Shown: piece by piece, positions 17,346 to 25,649 of the stretch
Numbering within the stretch: the first letter of the stretch is position 1
How the letters are laid out: each line of letters opens with the position of its first letter
Source of the DNA: Edaphobacter aggregans
GTDB lineage: Bacteria > Acidobacteriota > Terriglobia > Terriglobales > Acidobacteriaceae
DNA: 32,000 nt
Assembly (NCBI RefSeq): GCF_003945235.1
Contig: NZ_RSDW01000001.1
Location: 2,220,001-2,252,000 of the forward strand
Direction: 5' to 3'
Notes under the pieces: model-generated
What the model was told of the DNA's origin: nothing
What the model saw: only the letters and a program-made list of their open reading frames with translations
The model's database searches: none
Program-made: the position numbers and the translations under genes

Positions 17346-17639
17346 TTAGTAACGATAGCCGTAACCGTAGCGGTGATCACGCTCCCATGCATTGTGGCGG
17401 AGCCAAGCCTGCTGACGCTCCCAAGCCTGCTGACGGAGGAAGGCGTCGCGACGCTCCCGTTCCCAGCGAAGACGATCGTAGTAGTCGCGGCTGTAGCCGT
17501 AAGGGGGATAGCCCACTTGCACGCGCACGCCGATTCCCTGTGCCTGGGCCTTTGTCGGAGCGGCCAGAACGAACGCGCCCGCCAGCATGCCAACTGTCAT
17601 TGCCTTTGCAACTATTGCCTTTACGTTTGAGAGCTTCAT
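17346..17639 (-). CDS. Small secreted protein with W-E-R repeats
   Basis: The ATG at 17639 is preceded by GCAGGAGG. Signal peptide is MKLSNVKAIVAKAMTVGMLAGAFVLAAPTKAQA. The mature part is RWERERRDAFLRQQAWERQQAWLRHNAWERDHRYGYGYRY. An 18-bp tandem duplication (CCAAGCCTGCTGACG at 17403 and 17421) encodes RQQAW(E/L) twice. Confidence 0.6.
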   Translation of the reverse strand: MKLSNVKAIVAKAMTVGMLAGAFVLAAPTKAQAQGIGVRVQVGYPPYGYSRDYYDRLRWERERRDAFLRQQAWERQQAWLRHNAWERDHRYGYGYRY

Positions 17640-17765
17640 AACAACCTCCTGCTTACGTTTGAAATGAACACTCATTCACCGCTGCGGTTGCGCGCAACCT
17701 TTTTACAAAACCGGTGTATCTATTGCCCTTGGGCTACATCAGAAGTGATGTAGACTACAACCACA

Positions 17766-17825
17766 ATGACGGTCGCCCGCCAATTCGCGATGCTGTACCT
17801 CATGCCTACCTGTTGTTGTCGCTAG
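17766..17825 (+). CDS. Candidate 19-codon leader peptide ending in three consecutive Cys codons
   Basis: ATG ACG GTC ... ACC TGT TGT TGT CGC TAG translates to MTVARQFAMLYLMPTCCCR. Hand-counted GC3 is 74%. No SD. A -10-like TAGACT lies at 17751-17756, so it could be near-leaderless. It lies upstream of a YeiH-family putative sulfate exporter gene. Confidence 0.3.
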   Translation: MTVARQFAMLYLMPTCCCR

Positions 17826-17920
17826 TTCCCTCCGCGCTCTTCCCTTTTCCTCAAAATCTCAAGTAGCAGCCTCTTACGCGTAGGTTCGTGAGCGCAGCCA
17901 CTTCCATAGGAGCATCTGAT

Positions 17921-18028
17921 ATGTCTTCCAAACGCCTTCATCTCTCTATCGACGCCTGGGCTATCGTTCTGTCGCTGACGCTTGCCCTGTTCGTGCGCAT
18001 TGGCCTGATCAAGACCATCGCCTGGTAG
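17921..18028 (+). CDS. Candidate 35-aa single-TM peptide immediately upstream of the YeiH-family gene
   Basis: MSSKRLHLSIDAWAIVLSLTLALFVRIGLIKTIAW. SD AGGAG lies 7 nt upstream. Hand-counted GC3 is 74%. Its stop is 29 nt before the next ATG. It is below the ORF-track cutoff. Confidence 0.45.
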   Translation: MSSKRLHLSIDAWAIVLSLTLALFVRIGLIKTIAW

Positions 18029-18057
18029 TCCAGCAGAACCCCAAGGAGAACGACCCC

Positions 18058-19206
18058 ATGGCCACCTCAGCTAAAGTTCACGATCTGCGCACCGAGCGCC
18101 CGGCTCGCCTTGCCGAAGAGCGCGCTTCCTTTCCTTCCCTGTTACCTGGCATTGCGTTGCTCTTCGTCGTCGGCTATGCAGGTAAATTCGTCGAGCACTT
18201 TCTCAACACCTACACCAAGGCACACCACATCACGTTTCCCAACATCGAATACGTTCTCTGGGCCATCGTCTTTGGCGTCGTGATCGCCAACACTGTGGGC
18301 GTCACGCGTATCTTTCGTCCAGGCGTGGCGACATACGAGTTCTGGCTCAAGGCGGGCATCATCCTGCTGGGAGCGCGGTTCATCCTCGGTGACGTCCTCA
18401 AACTAGGCGGCATCTCTCTGATTCTCGTCTTCGTTGCCATCACGCTGTCGATCACGTTCATGACATGGCTAGGACGCCGATTCGGTCTGAATCCTGCGCT
18501 AACGACGCTGCTTGCAGTAGGCTCGTCGATCTGCGGGGTTTCGGCGATTATTGCGACGCAGGGAGCCATCGACGCTGATGAGGACGACTCGGCCACGGCG
18601 ATTGCAGCGATTCTTGCACTGGGCGCTATCTCGCTATTCACATTTCCGTTGATCGGCCACACGCTGCATATGTCGGATCGCGCCTATGGTCTGTGGGCTG
18701 GTCTCGCCGTCGATAATACTGCCGAGGCCACAGCGGCCGGAGCTTTGTTCTCGGATGCAGCGGGCAAGTACGCCGTACTCGCCAAGACCTGCCGCAACGC
18801 ATTGATTGGATTCGTAGTTCTGGCATATGCAATTCAGTGGGCACGCAAGGGCCTTGCCAATACAGCTACGACAACGCAACTCGAAAATAAGGCGGCGTTT
18901 CTCTGGAAGAAGTTTCCGAAGTTCGTCCTGGGCTTTTTGTTCATCTCACTACTTGCGACGCTGGGCAGCAGCACGAACCCCTTTGTGGCTTCGCTGGGCT
19001 TCAGCAAGCCGCAACTGCTCGCGTTGGGCAACCTGAGCCGCTGGGCTTTCCTACTGACCTTCGCAGGAGTCGGCCTCCGCACCAATTTGAAAGATCTCTT
19101 CCGACAAGGTGCTCGTCCGTTCCTCGTTGGTGCAGTTGGCGAGACCGTAATTGCAGCCATCACGCTAGCGCTGGTCCTTGGAGTTGACCACTTCTATCAT
19201 CTGTAG
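18058..19206 (+). CDS. YeiH/UPF0324 family membrane protein (putative sulfate exporter family)
   Basis: 382 aa with about 10-11 TM helices. Family-like blocks are AIVFGVVIAN, LKAGIILLGARF and LLAVGSSICGVSAIIAT. SD AAGGAG lies upstream. Confidence 0.75.
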   Translation: MATSAKVHDLRTERPARLAEERASFPSLLPGIALLFVVGYAGKFVEHFLNTYTKAHHITFPNIEYVLWAIVFGVVIANTVGVTRIFRPGVATYEFWLKAGIILLGARFILGDVLKLGGISLILVFVAITLSITFMTWLGRRFGLNPALTTLLAVGSSICGVSAIIATQGAIDADEDDSATAIAAILALGAISLFTFPLIGHTLHMSDRAYGLWAGLAVDNTAEATAAGALFSDAAGKYAVLAKTCRNALIGFVVLAYAIQWARKGLANTATTTQLENKAAFLWKKFPKFVLGFLFISLLATLGSSTNPFVASLGFSKPQLLALGNLSRWAFLLTFAGVGLRTNLKDLFRQGARPFLVGAVGETVIAAITLALVLGVDHFYHL

Positions 19207-19383
19207 ATTAGCCAATCAAAACCCTATGGGCACGTCGTACAGTGAACCTTAAACTTACCTGAATGTGTGTCGAGAGAAGCATCAACTCGCGCTTCGTCTA
19301 TGGGTGATTGAGGAGTTCTGCTATGGTAGCCTCGTTTAAGTGGTTGCAGTATTCGCTAATATTCTGCGGCCTTGAATCTCCCT

Positions 19384-22014
19384 ATGCTTGTGGCCCCCAG
19401 AATACTGTCCGCGTACGTTTGCCTTACAACGTCTTTCTTTCTGACTATGGATCGGGCGTGCTTTGCACAGAGCCCTGACCTCCGCACCGCGTCCAGCGTG
19501 TCGAGTTCGTTACCAGATGCACCGCAGCCACAGACCCCGACCACACCGACAAACTCTTCCGCCCCAGCGCCGTCGAACGCACCCGAAGACATTACACTCT
19601 CCGGTACTCCCAAGCGCTTCCTGCGTGACCAGAAGGCGATCTGGACCAGCCCGGTACGCGTACAGCCCCTTGATGCGATATGGCTTGTTCCTTTTGCTGT
19701 ATCGACTGGCGTGCTGATCAACAGCGACCAGCACACGATGACACAGTCCCTCCATATCAGTCCGAGCGATCAGAAGACAGCAAACACTCTATCGAACGCA
19801 GGCATTGTGGCATTGGGAGCGATTCCTGCAGGCGCATATACGTGGAGCCTCTTCAACCACACTCCCCAGGCGCGAGAGACCGGATTACTGGCTGGCGAAG
19901 CAGTAGCCAACGGCCTGGTCGTCAACCAAGCCTTCAAATTTGTCTTCCGCCGCGATCGTCCTCTGGTCAACAACTCTCAAGGCAAGTTCTTCAACTCCGG
20001 AATTACGGATTCGTCGTTCCCATCGAACCACGCGACAGCCGCCTGGGCCATAGCTGCTGTCGTCGGCGAGGAATATCCCGGCTGGCTCCCGCGATTGACG
20101 CTATACGGTCTAGCCACGACTGTGAGTGTCAGCCGAGTCATCGCGTATCAACACTTTCCGTCCGATGTTCTCGTCGGCAGCGCAACCGGATGGCTGATCG
20201 GCCACTACGTTTACCGCACTCACCATAACTACAGCCTTACGCCTTTCAGTTCGCGGCCGACGTTTGAAGATTATGGCGCACATCGGGCCAGCAAGACGAC
20301 GCCTACGAATGCCAGTTCTAGCGCTGCTCCCGTGCTACAGGGCTCGATCGCCGATCTTCCGCCAGACCCGATTCCCGACCGCAAGCCGCTACCCTTCGAT
20401 CCCGATCCAGACACCATCGGCTCAACCAATGTCCCAATGGACAGCTGGATCTATCCCGCTCTGGAACGTTTGAGTTCGATGGGCCTGATTCCGACGCAGA
20501 ACGTCGGGATTCGTCCATGGACACGTCAGGAGTGCCTGCGTCAGCTCCAGCAGGCAGAAGAACTGGCTGACCGGCCGGATGCTTTCAGCCCAGGCATTGT
20601 GGCGGAGGCTCACCGCCTGATGACCGATTTGCATCACGAACTGGCCGACGAGCCCGTCTCCTATGCGGCGCTGTCGCTGGAGTCGGTCTACGGTCGCTTC
20701 GGAACGATCGCAGGGCCAGCACTGGCCGACAGCTATCACTTCGGCCAGACATGGTGGAACGACTTCGGCCGCCCCCTTGGCCGTGGCAGCAGCTTTATCG
20801 GCGGGGTCTCCTACCGCGCTCATTACGGCCGCCTCTTTTTCTACGACCGCCAGGAGCTGCAACACAGCCCTGGAAACCCTGCAGAATCGCCCGAAATCAA
20901 TGCCCTCATCAATACGGTCGATCGGGTATCCGCGGACGACCCACAAATTCAGCCAATTCCCGCTCGCGCCGCATACGATCGTCAGCGCCCAATCGAACTA
21001 TATGGAGGCGTCGCCTTCGCAGGCAATGCGCTCTCTCTCGGCAAGCAAGAGCTCTATTGGGGACCTACCACGATGGGTCCACTTGCCCTCTCCAGCAATG
21101 CAGAGCCTAACTACAACCTGCGCTTTGTGTCCACGCGTCCTCACCCGCTGCCTTTCATCCCATCGATTGGGACTTATCGGTTCGACATAGTGCTGGGCAA
21201 GCTATCAGGGCATTCGTATCCAGCGCGCCCTTGGTACAACGGACAAAAAGCAAGCTTCAACTTTGGCGACTACCTGGAGATTGGCTTCACGCGTTGGTCC
21301 GTCTTCTGGGGCCAGGGACATCCCATTACGCTTCATAGCTTCAAGCAAAATGTCTTCAGCTTCAACTCAACCGGCTCGTTCACGGGTGATACCGGATCAG
21401 CGTATGGGGACCGCCTCGACCCTGGTGATCGCAAGAGTAATTTCGACTTTCGGTATCACCTTCCAGGCCTGCGTAAACTCGTTACCCTCTACGCGGACGC
21501 CTACTCAGATGACGATCCCAATCCGATCGCTGCTCCGCGCCGAGCCGTTTGGAATCCCGGAATTTACTTCGCCCGTTTGCCTTTCCTTCCTCACATGGAT
21601 CTTCGCGTCGAAGCAGTCAGTTCCACGGGCCTGGCAACCGATTTCGGCGGTGCGCATTTCTTTATCAACGGAGTTTATCTGGATTCCAACACCAACAAGG
21701 GATTTCTTCTCGGCAACGCGATCGGCAGGGATGCTCGAGCAATTGAAGGACGCACCAGTTATTGGTTTTCTTCACGCAGCCGCCTGGAGTTTGGCTATCG
21801 CCAGAACAAGGGTGGCACCAATTTCCTGCCAGGTGGGGCAACCATCACTGATGGCTTTGTCAACAATTCTTTCGCTATCAATAAGGACCTAACCGCTGAA
21901 ACCTTCTTTCAATATGAACGCTTCTTGATCCCTTCCTATATGTCCGGTTCACAACACAATGTCAGCGCCAGATTCCAGCTTACATGGAACCCAAAGATTG
22001 GGATTCGGCGCTAA
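19384..22014 (+). CDS. Fusion protein: N-terminal PAP2 (type 2 phosphatidic acid phosphatase) domain plus C-terminal Wzi-like capsule-assembly / outer-membrane beta-barrel domain
   Basis: Signal peptide ends ...RACFA-QSP, followed by a P/S/T-rich linker. PAP2 motifs are KFVFRRDRP (nt 19936-19962), PSNH (20019-20030) and SRVIAYQHFPSD (20131-20166). A Wzi-like N-terminal motif follows: DSWIYPALERLSSMGLIPTQNVGIRPWTRQE. The remaining ~500 aa are rich in alternating aromatic/Gly beta-strand patterns. ATG at 19384 is used; the ORF-track TTG is at 19372. Confidence 0.65.
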   Translation: MLVAPRILSAYVCLTTSFFLTMDRACFAQSPDLRTASSVSSSLPDAPQPQTPTTPTNSSAPAPSNAPEDITLSGTPKRFLRDQKAIWTSPVRVQPLDAIWLVPFAVSTGVLINSDQHTMTQSLHISPSDQKTANTLSNAGIVALGAIPAGAYTWSLFNHTPQARETGLLAGEAVANGLVVNQAFKFVFRRDRPLVNNSQGKFFNSGITDSSFPSNHATAAWAIAAVVGEEYPGWLPRLTLYGLATTVSVSRVIAYQHFPSDVLVGSATGWLIGHYVYRTHHNYSLTPFSSRPTFEDYGAHRASKTTPTNASSSAAPVLQGSIADLPPDPIPDRKPLPFDPDPDTIGSTNVPMDSWIYPALERLSSMGLIPTQNVGIRPWTRQECLRQLQQAEELADRPDAFSPGIVAEAHRLMTDLHHELADEPVSYAALSLESVYGRFGTIAGPALADSYHFGQTWWNDFGRPLGRGSSFIGGVSYRAHYGRLFFYDRQELQHSPGNPAESPEINALINTVDRVSADDPQIQPIPARAAYDRQRPIELYGGVAFAGNALSLGKQELYWGPTTMGPLALSSNAEPNYNLRFVSTRPHPLPFIPSIGTYRFDIVLGKLSGHSYPARPWYNGQKASFNFGDYLEIGFTRWSVFWGQGHPITLHSFKQNVFSFNSTGSFTGDTGSAYGDRLDPGDRKSNFDFRYHLPGLRKLVTLYADAYSDDDPNPIAAPRRAVWNPGIYFARLPFLPHMDLRVEAVSSTGLATDFGGAHFFINGVYLDSNTNKGFLLGNAIGRDARAIEGRTSYWFSSRSRLEFGYRQNKGGTNFLPGGATITDGFVNNSFAINKDLTAETFFQYERFLIPSYMSGSQHNVSARFQLTWNPKIGIRR

Positions 22015-22080
22015 TCCCGTCGGCTATAAACCCCAGCGATCTACCTTGAATTTGGCTTCTAAGCCAACCTTGCTCATACC

Positions 22081-23169
22081 TTAAGACGACTTATATAGGG
22101 TATTGAGAACCTCCGCAGTCTGTGCGGCACAGTCTTGATAACTAAATGCCTTCAACCGGAGGAACCCCCTCTCAACTAGACCGGCGCGTAATGCAGGATC
22201 CGATGCAATTTGCAAGAGCTTCTCCGCAAGGTCGCCCGAATCTTGGGAGTTGAAATATAGCGCGGCATCCCCTGCAACCTCTGGCAAGGCGCTCGCATTT
22301 GACGAGAGAATTGGGCATCCCATGGCCATAGCTTCCAGTAATGGAAGACCAAATCCTTCATACAGTGACGGAAAGACAAAGAAGTCCGCACCTCGATAAT
22401 ACTGACGTAGCAGCTCATCACTCACCTCACCAGTCAAATGCACTCGGCTTAAAAGACTCTCTGCCTCACGAACCACCACATCATCTACGGTGTTCATGTT
22501 ATTCATCTTGCCGACAATTACTAGTCGATGTGGTATTTGATCCATGACCTGCCGAAAAGCTCTCAGCAGTGTCCTCAGATTCTTATTCGGTTTTATATTA
22601 CCAACGTATAGAAAATACGGAATTTCATCAGGTTGTTTGTATAGAGTCGGATCTGAATTCCACTTAGCATCTAAACCAGGACGAGTCACATGAATCTTGG
22701 ATCGAGGTATGTGCAAGTACTTTTGCACTTCGCTTGCAGTGAAATCTGAGACACAAAAAACTGCGGAGGCTCTTCGTCCAACACTCCCAAAGAGCAACCT
22801 CGCGTAGCCACGTTTGATTGGCCCACTCAAAGACTCTCGCAAGACGAGATGACACACATCATGAATCGTGACGGCCAATTGCCCCCTGTACAGTAAAGGA
22901 ACACTGTAATGAGGCACCCAGAGCAAGGTTGTGTTCCGAAATGCTCCCACCAGCGAGAGTGCCTGTTCCTCAATGCTATAAATGCCTGCTTTGCTATCGA
23001 AGACTTCGACTCGCGGATCCTCGCTCCACTCATCTCCGCGTAAGTCAGTTCGGTCACCTATAACACGAATACGGTCCACATCGAGCAAAGGTAATACTCG
23101 CGGAACAACATTCCGCAAGTAACGTCCGATTCCTGACATTCGATACATTCGAAGATCGATCGTTAGCAT
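22081..23169 (-). CDS. Glycosyltransferase family 4 (GT-B fold)
   Basis: C-terminal signature FVFPSLYEGFGLPLLEAMAMGCPILSSNASALPEVAGDAALYF. The ATG at 23169 (MLTIDLRMYRMSGIGRYL) is preferred over the ORF-track start at 23301. A spot count gives about 45% GC. Confidence 0.8.
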   Translation of the reverse strand: MLTIDLRMYRMSGIGRYLRNVVPRVLPLLDVDRIRVIGDRTDLRGDEWSEDPRVEVFDSKAGIYSIEEQALSLVGAFRNTTLLWVPHYSVPLLYRGQLAVTIHDVCHLVLRESLSGPIKRGYARLLFGSVGRRASAVFCVSDFTASEVQKYLHIPRSKIHVTRPGLDAKWNSDPTLYKQPDEIPYFLYVGNIKPNKNLRTLLRAFRQVMDQIPHRLVIVGKMNNMNTVDDVVVREAESLLSRVHLTGEVSDELLRQYYRGADFFVFPSLYEGFGLPLLEAMAMGCPILSSNASALPEVAGDAALYFNSQDSGDLAEKLLQIASDPALRAGLVERGFLRLKAFSYQDCAAQTAEVLNTLYKSS

Positions 23170-23339
23170 CAATTCCACTGTCGACCGTCCCCACGTTTCT
23201 GTCAAATGTTGAACTAGACTTAAGTGTAGTGTCGTTTCAATACGCAGTTGAACTGTTGAACTCTCTCCTATGAGAGTTCCCATCTTTATGTCGGCCAACA
23301 AAGCCCCACGGAAGGCGAAGGGCTGCGCGACTTCGGGAG

Positions 23340-23830
23340 GACGACTTCATGGCTAAATCTTGAGAAGCGATTTCGTGGAAGATCAACTGCAGAATGGTAC
23401 TCGATTCCGCTTGTTGACTATTGGTCGATCTCTCCAAGAATAGAAATGGCGATCGGAGCGGGACAGAGCTTGATGGGAGAGGATGTCGTTCAGACGGTGA
23501 ACCATCTAAATTAGGAACGCGGTGTGCCGAAGCTGCTGTTTTGTTACAACAGACGCGTGTTAATCAGTCAGGCGGTGGATCCATGGGTTTACCGAAATAG
23601 TGTAAAAACCGACTTTCTCACGACCGGGCAAACCAACGAAAAACGTGTTTGTAGAGAGTTTCATTGACACCTTCCGCTTCGAGTGACTGAACATCTCCTA
23701 CCTCGCTATGTAGTTGGAAACAGGTTATCGCTCTGTTAGGAAGTCCCGCCCATCAATCCAGCGCTGGAATCACGACGCGCGATCCGGCATCTGCACCTGC
23801 GGCTGGAACCTATTGCGGTTTGATTAACCA
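23340..23830 (+). pseudogene. Decayed 3' fragment of an IS3-family transposase (OrfB / rve integrase core)
   Basis: Conceptual translation with stops and frameshifts gives four pieces. These are RSDFVEDQLQNGTRFRLLTIGRSLQE*, RIEMAIGAGQSLMGEDVVQTVNHLN*ERGVPKLLFCYNRRVLISQAVDPWVYRNSVKTDF, RPGKPTKNVFVESFIDTFRFE*LN and IQRWNHD. They line up with conserved IS3/IS407-type blocks (DFV.D.L.DGR.FR.LTVVD.FSRE; DNG.EF.S..LD.WA; PGKP..N..IESFNG..RDECLN; IE.WR.DYN). The N-terminal part of the IS is absent. Confidence 0.65.
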
Positions 23831-23883
23831 CAAGCTATTCTGCGAATTAAGCCCGTAAATGCGTCAATCGCCACAGCCCCAGT

Positions 23884-25569
23884 TTGAGCAACATTATGCA
23901 AAAACAAACAAATCATAACGAGAGATCAGAATTCAGAAGTATGATTGATAGACGCAGCTTCATTCACAAGGCGGTATTGATTGCGGCTGGATCGGCTTCT
24001 GGCTTCCCCCTGACAGCCTGCGGAGATTCTGAATTGGTTATACCTTGCCTGGGCCCAGCTCCGGCGCCGGTGCCTGTCCCAGGAATGACTTACATCCGGG
24101 CATCGGAGATCGGCTGCGCGCTCGATTGCAAGCTGGAAACCGGGCGCAACAAGTACACAGGTGGGGATGCCACTGACGATGGTCCGCGTATAAATGCTGC
24201 CATGGCCGGCGCGACGGCGGACAATCCGATCACCCTGATCATCGACGGAAGCGCGCTTATATCAGGCCTGTTCCTTCCTGCCGGTGGGTATTGGAACATC
24301 GTGGGACTCGGCTGCGGCACGGGATTCTTTGTAAAGACAGGCACCAACAACGACGGCATCCATAATGGACCTCCCAATGCGAACGTGCCGTCTGATCCGG
24401 GACCGCCAGCCCCTCCGCGAGGATTGAACGTCTCGCTCAGCAACTTCACGCTGAATGGCAATCAGGGAAACGGTCATAACGGAAATTCGACGAGCGGAAC
24501 GCAGCAGGGTAGTCAGGGTAGTAAAACTACTTGGTATTTCGGCATCAACCTGATGAACTTAAACAACATTACTCTTGAAAACGTGGTTGTAGTGAATACC
24601 CCCGCATACCACATACGACTTTCGAACGTCGGCAATGTCGTGGCATCTGGATGCGTAATGCAGAGCCATGGCCCGAGCACGGACGGACTGCATGTCGACG
24701 GACCGGCCAACGACATCACTATTTCAAACTGCGATTTCACGACTGGCGACGACTCGATCGCGCTTAACTGCCCGGAGGGCTACTCTGGCAACATCTCGCG
24801 TGTCACTGTGTCCAACTGCACGTTTAATAGCTATTCCCTGATGCGGCTCTATACGTCGAACGGGGGCACTCGATTCAGCGTCGACGCGGTGAGCGTGAGC
24901 AATTGCAGCGGCACGCTTGCGGAGGCCGCTTTCTTGGTCGGCTTCGGCCGAGGGAGCGGTCCAAACTCCGTTGCCTCTTTAACCATCTCCGATTGCAGCC
25001 TGACGGCCCCAGATGTACTCGGAATCGCGGAGAACTTCGGTACCATCGCGCTCAGCAACGTTACTTTTGTCCCGTCCCAGGCGCACGTTAGCTGGGTCAA
25101 GTCCGAATCAAACCGCGTCTGCGGCTTTTTGCGACCGTCCCCACTCTATGACGGTATAATTTGCACGGGATCGGGTCTATCGTTTGAGAATTGTGTCATC
25201 TACCGGAGTTCGGGGATCAATGTCATCCCCGTGATCCTCGAAAACAACTCGACGATCGACAACGTGTCGTTCAACGGGTTTAGTGTGCAAGACGCCGGAT
25301 CATACTTCCCGGTTCCAGAGCTGGTTTACTTCGGGTCGGGATCAATTGCGCAATTGGTCCTCGGCTCCGTGACCAGCAACAACATCAAGGTTCCCGTATC
25401 ACCCGGTGGATTCTCGAATATCAGATCGGTTTCCGGAGCAGGCGTGCTGGCGACGGGCTGGAAGTTTCCCGACAATGTGATGGCGAACGGGGTACCGTAC
25501 ATCTCGGCGAGCTCGGGTCTGCCTTCGGTAAAGATCGGAGGGGTGGTCAAGCCTTACCCGCAACTCTGA
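23884..25569 (+). CDS. TAT-exported lipoprotein with a right-handed parallel beta-helix (pectate-lyase-superfamily / tailspike-like glycanase)
   Basis: Twin-arginine motif plus lipobox: MIDRRSFIHKAVLIAAGSASGFPLTAC. N-terminal GGDATDDGPRINAAM. Beta-helix blocks are STDGLHVDGPANDITISNCDFTTGDDSIALNC, with repeated SN(C/V)T(F/L) rungs. The start is uncertain: TTG 23884, ATG 23896 or ATG 23941. Confidence 0.65.
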   Translation: MSNIMQKQTNHNERSEFRSMIDRRSFIHKAVLIAAGSASGFPLTACGDSELVIPCLGPAPAPVPVPGMTYIRASEIGCALDCKLETGRNKYTGGDATDDGPRINAAMAGATADNPITLIIDGSALISGLFLPAGGYWNIVGLGCGTGFFVKTGTNNDGIHNGPPNANVPSDPGPPAPPRGLNVSLSNFTLNGNQGNGHNGNSTSGTQQGSQGSKTTWYFGINLMNLNNITLENVVVVNTPAYHIRLSNVGNVVASGCVMQSHGPSTDGLHVDGPANDITISNCDFTTGDDSIALNCPEGYSGNISRVTVSNCTFNSYSLMRLYTSNGGTRFSVDAVSVSNCSGTLAEAAFLVGFGRGSGPNSVASLTISDCSLTAPDVLGIAENFGTIALSNVTFVPSQAHVSWVKSESNRVCGFLRPSPLYDGIICTGSGLSFENCVIYRSSGINVIPVILENNSTIDNVSFNGFSVQDAGSYFPVPELVYFGSGSIAQLVLGSVTSNNIKVPVSPGGFSNIRSVSGAGVLATGWKFPDNVMANGVPYISASSGLPSVKIGGVVKPYPQL

Positions 25570-25649
25570 TTTGCCGTTAAAACTGTGAGCTAGTGGCGGC
25601 AGCCAGCATGGAGATATTGGAAGGCCCTATGAGTCTGTCAACCGGTATC

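Noticed and set aside
17686-17705. Perfect palindrome GGTTGCGCGCAACC followed by TTTTT, considered as a terminator.
   Set aside because: Allowing for a loop leaves only a 5-bp stem. No + strand gene ends nearby, and it lies upstream (not downstream) of the - strand gene start. It may be a protein-binding palindrome, but support is insufficient.
19323-19478. 51-codon ORF with a GAGGAG SD overlapping the start of the PAP2-Wzi gene in another frame.
   Set aside because: Hand-counted GC3 is about 55%, against about 65% for the PAP2 frame over the same bases. There is no recognisable product. The SD may instead serve an alternative start of the large gene.
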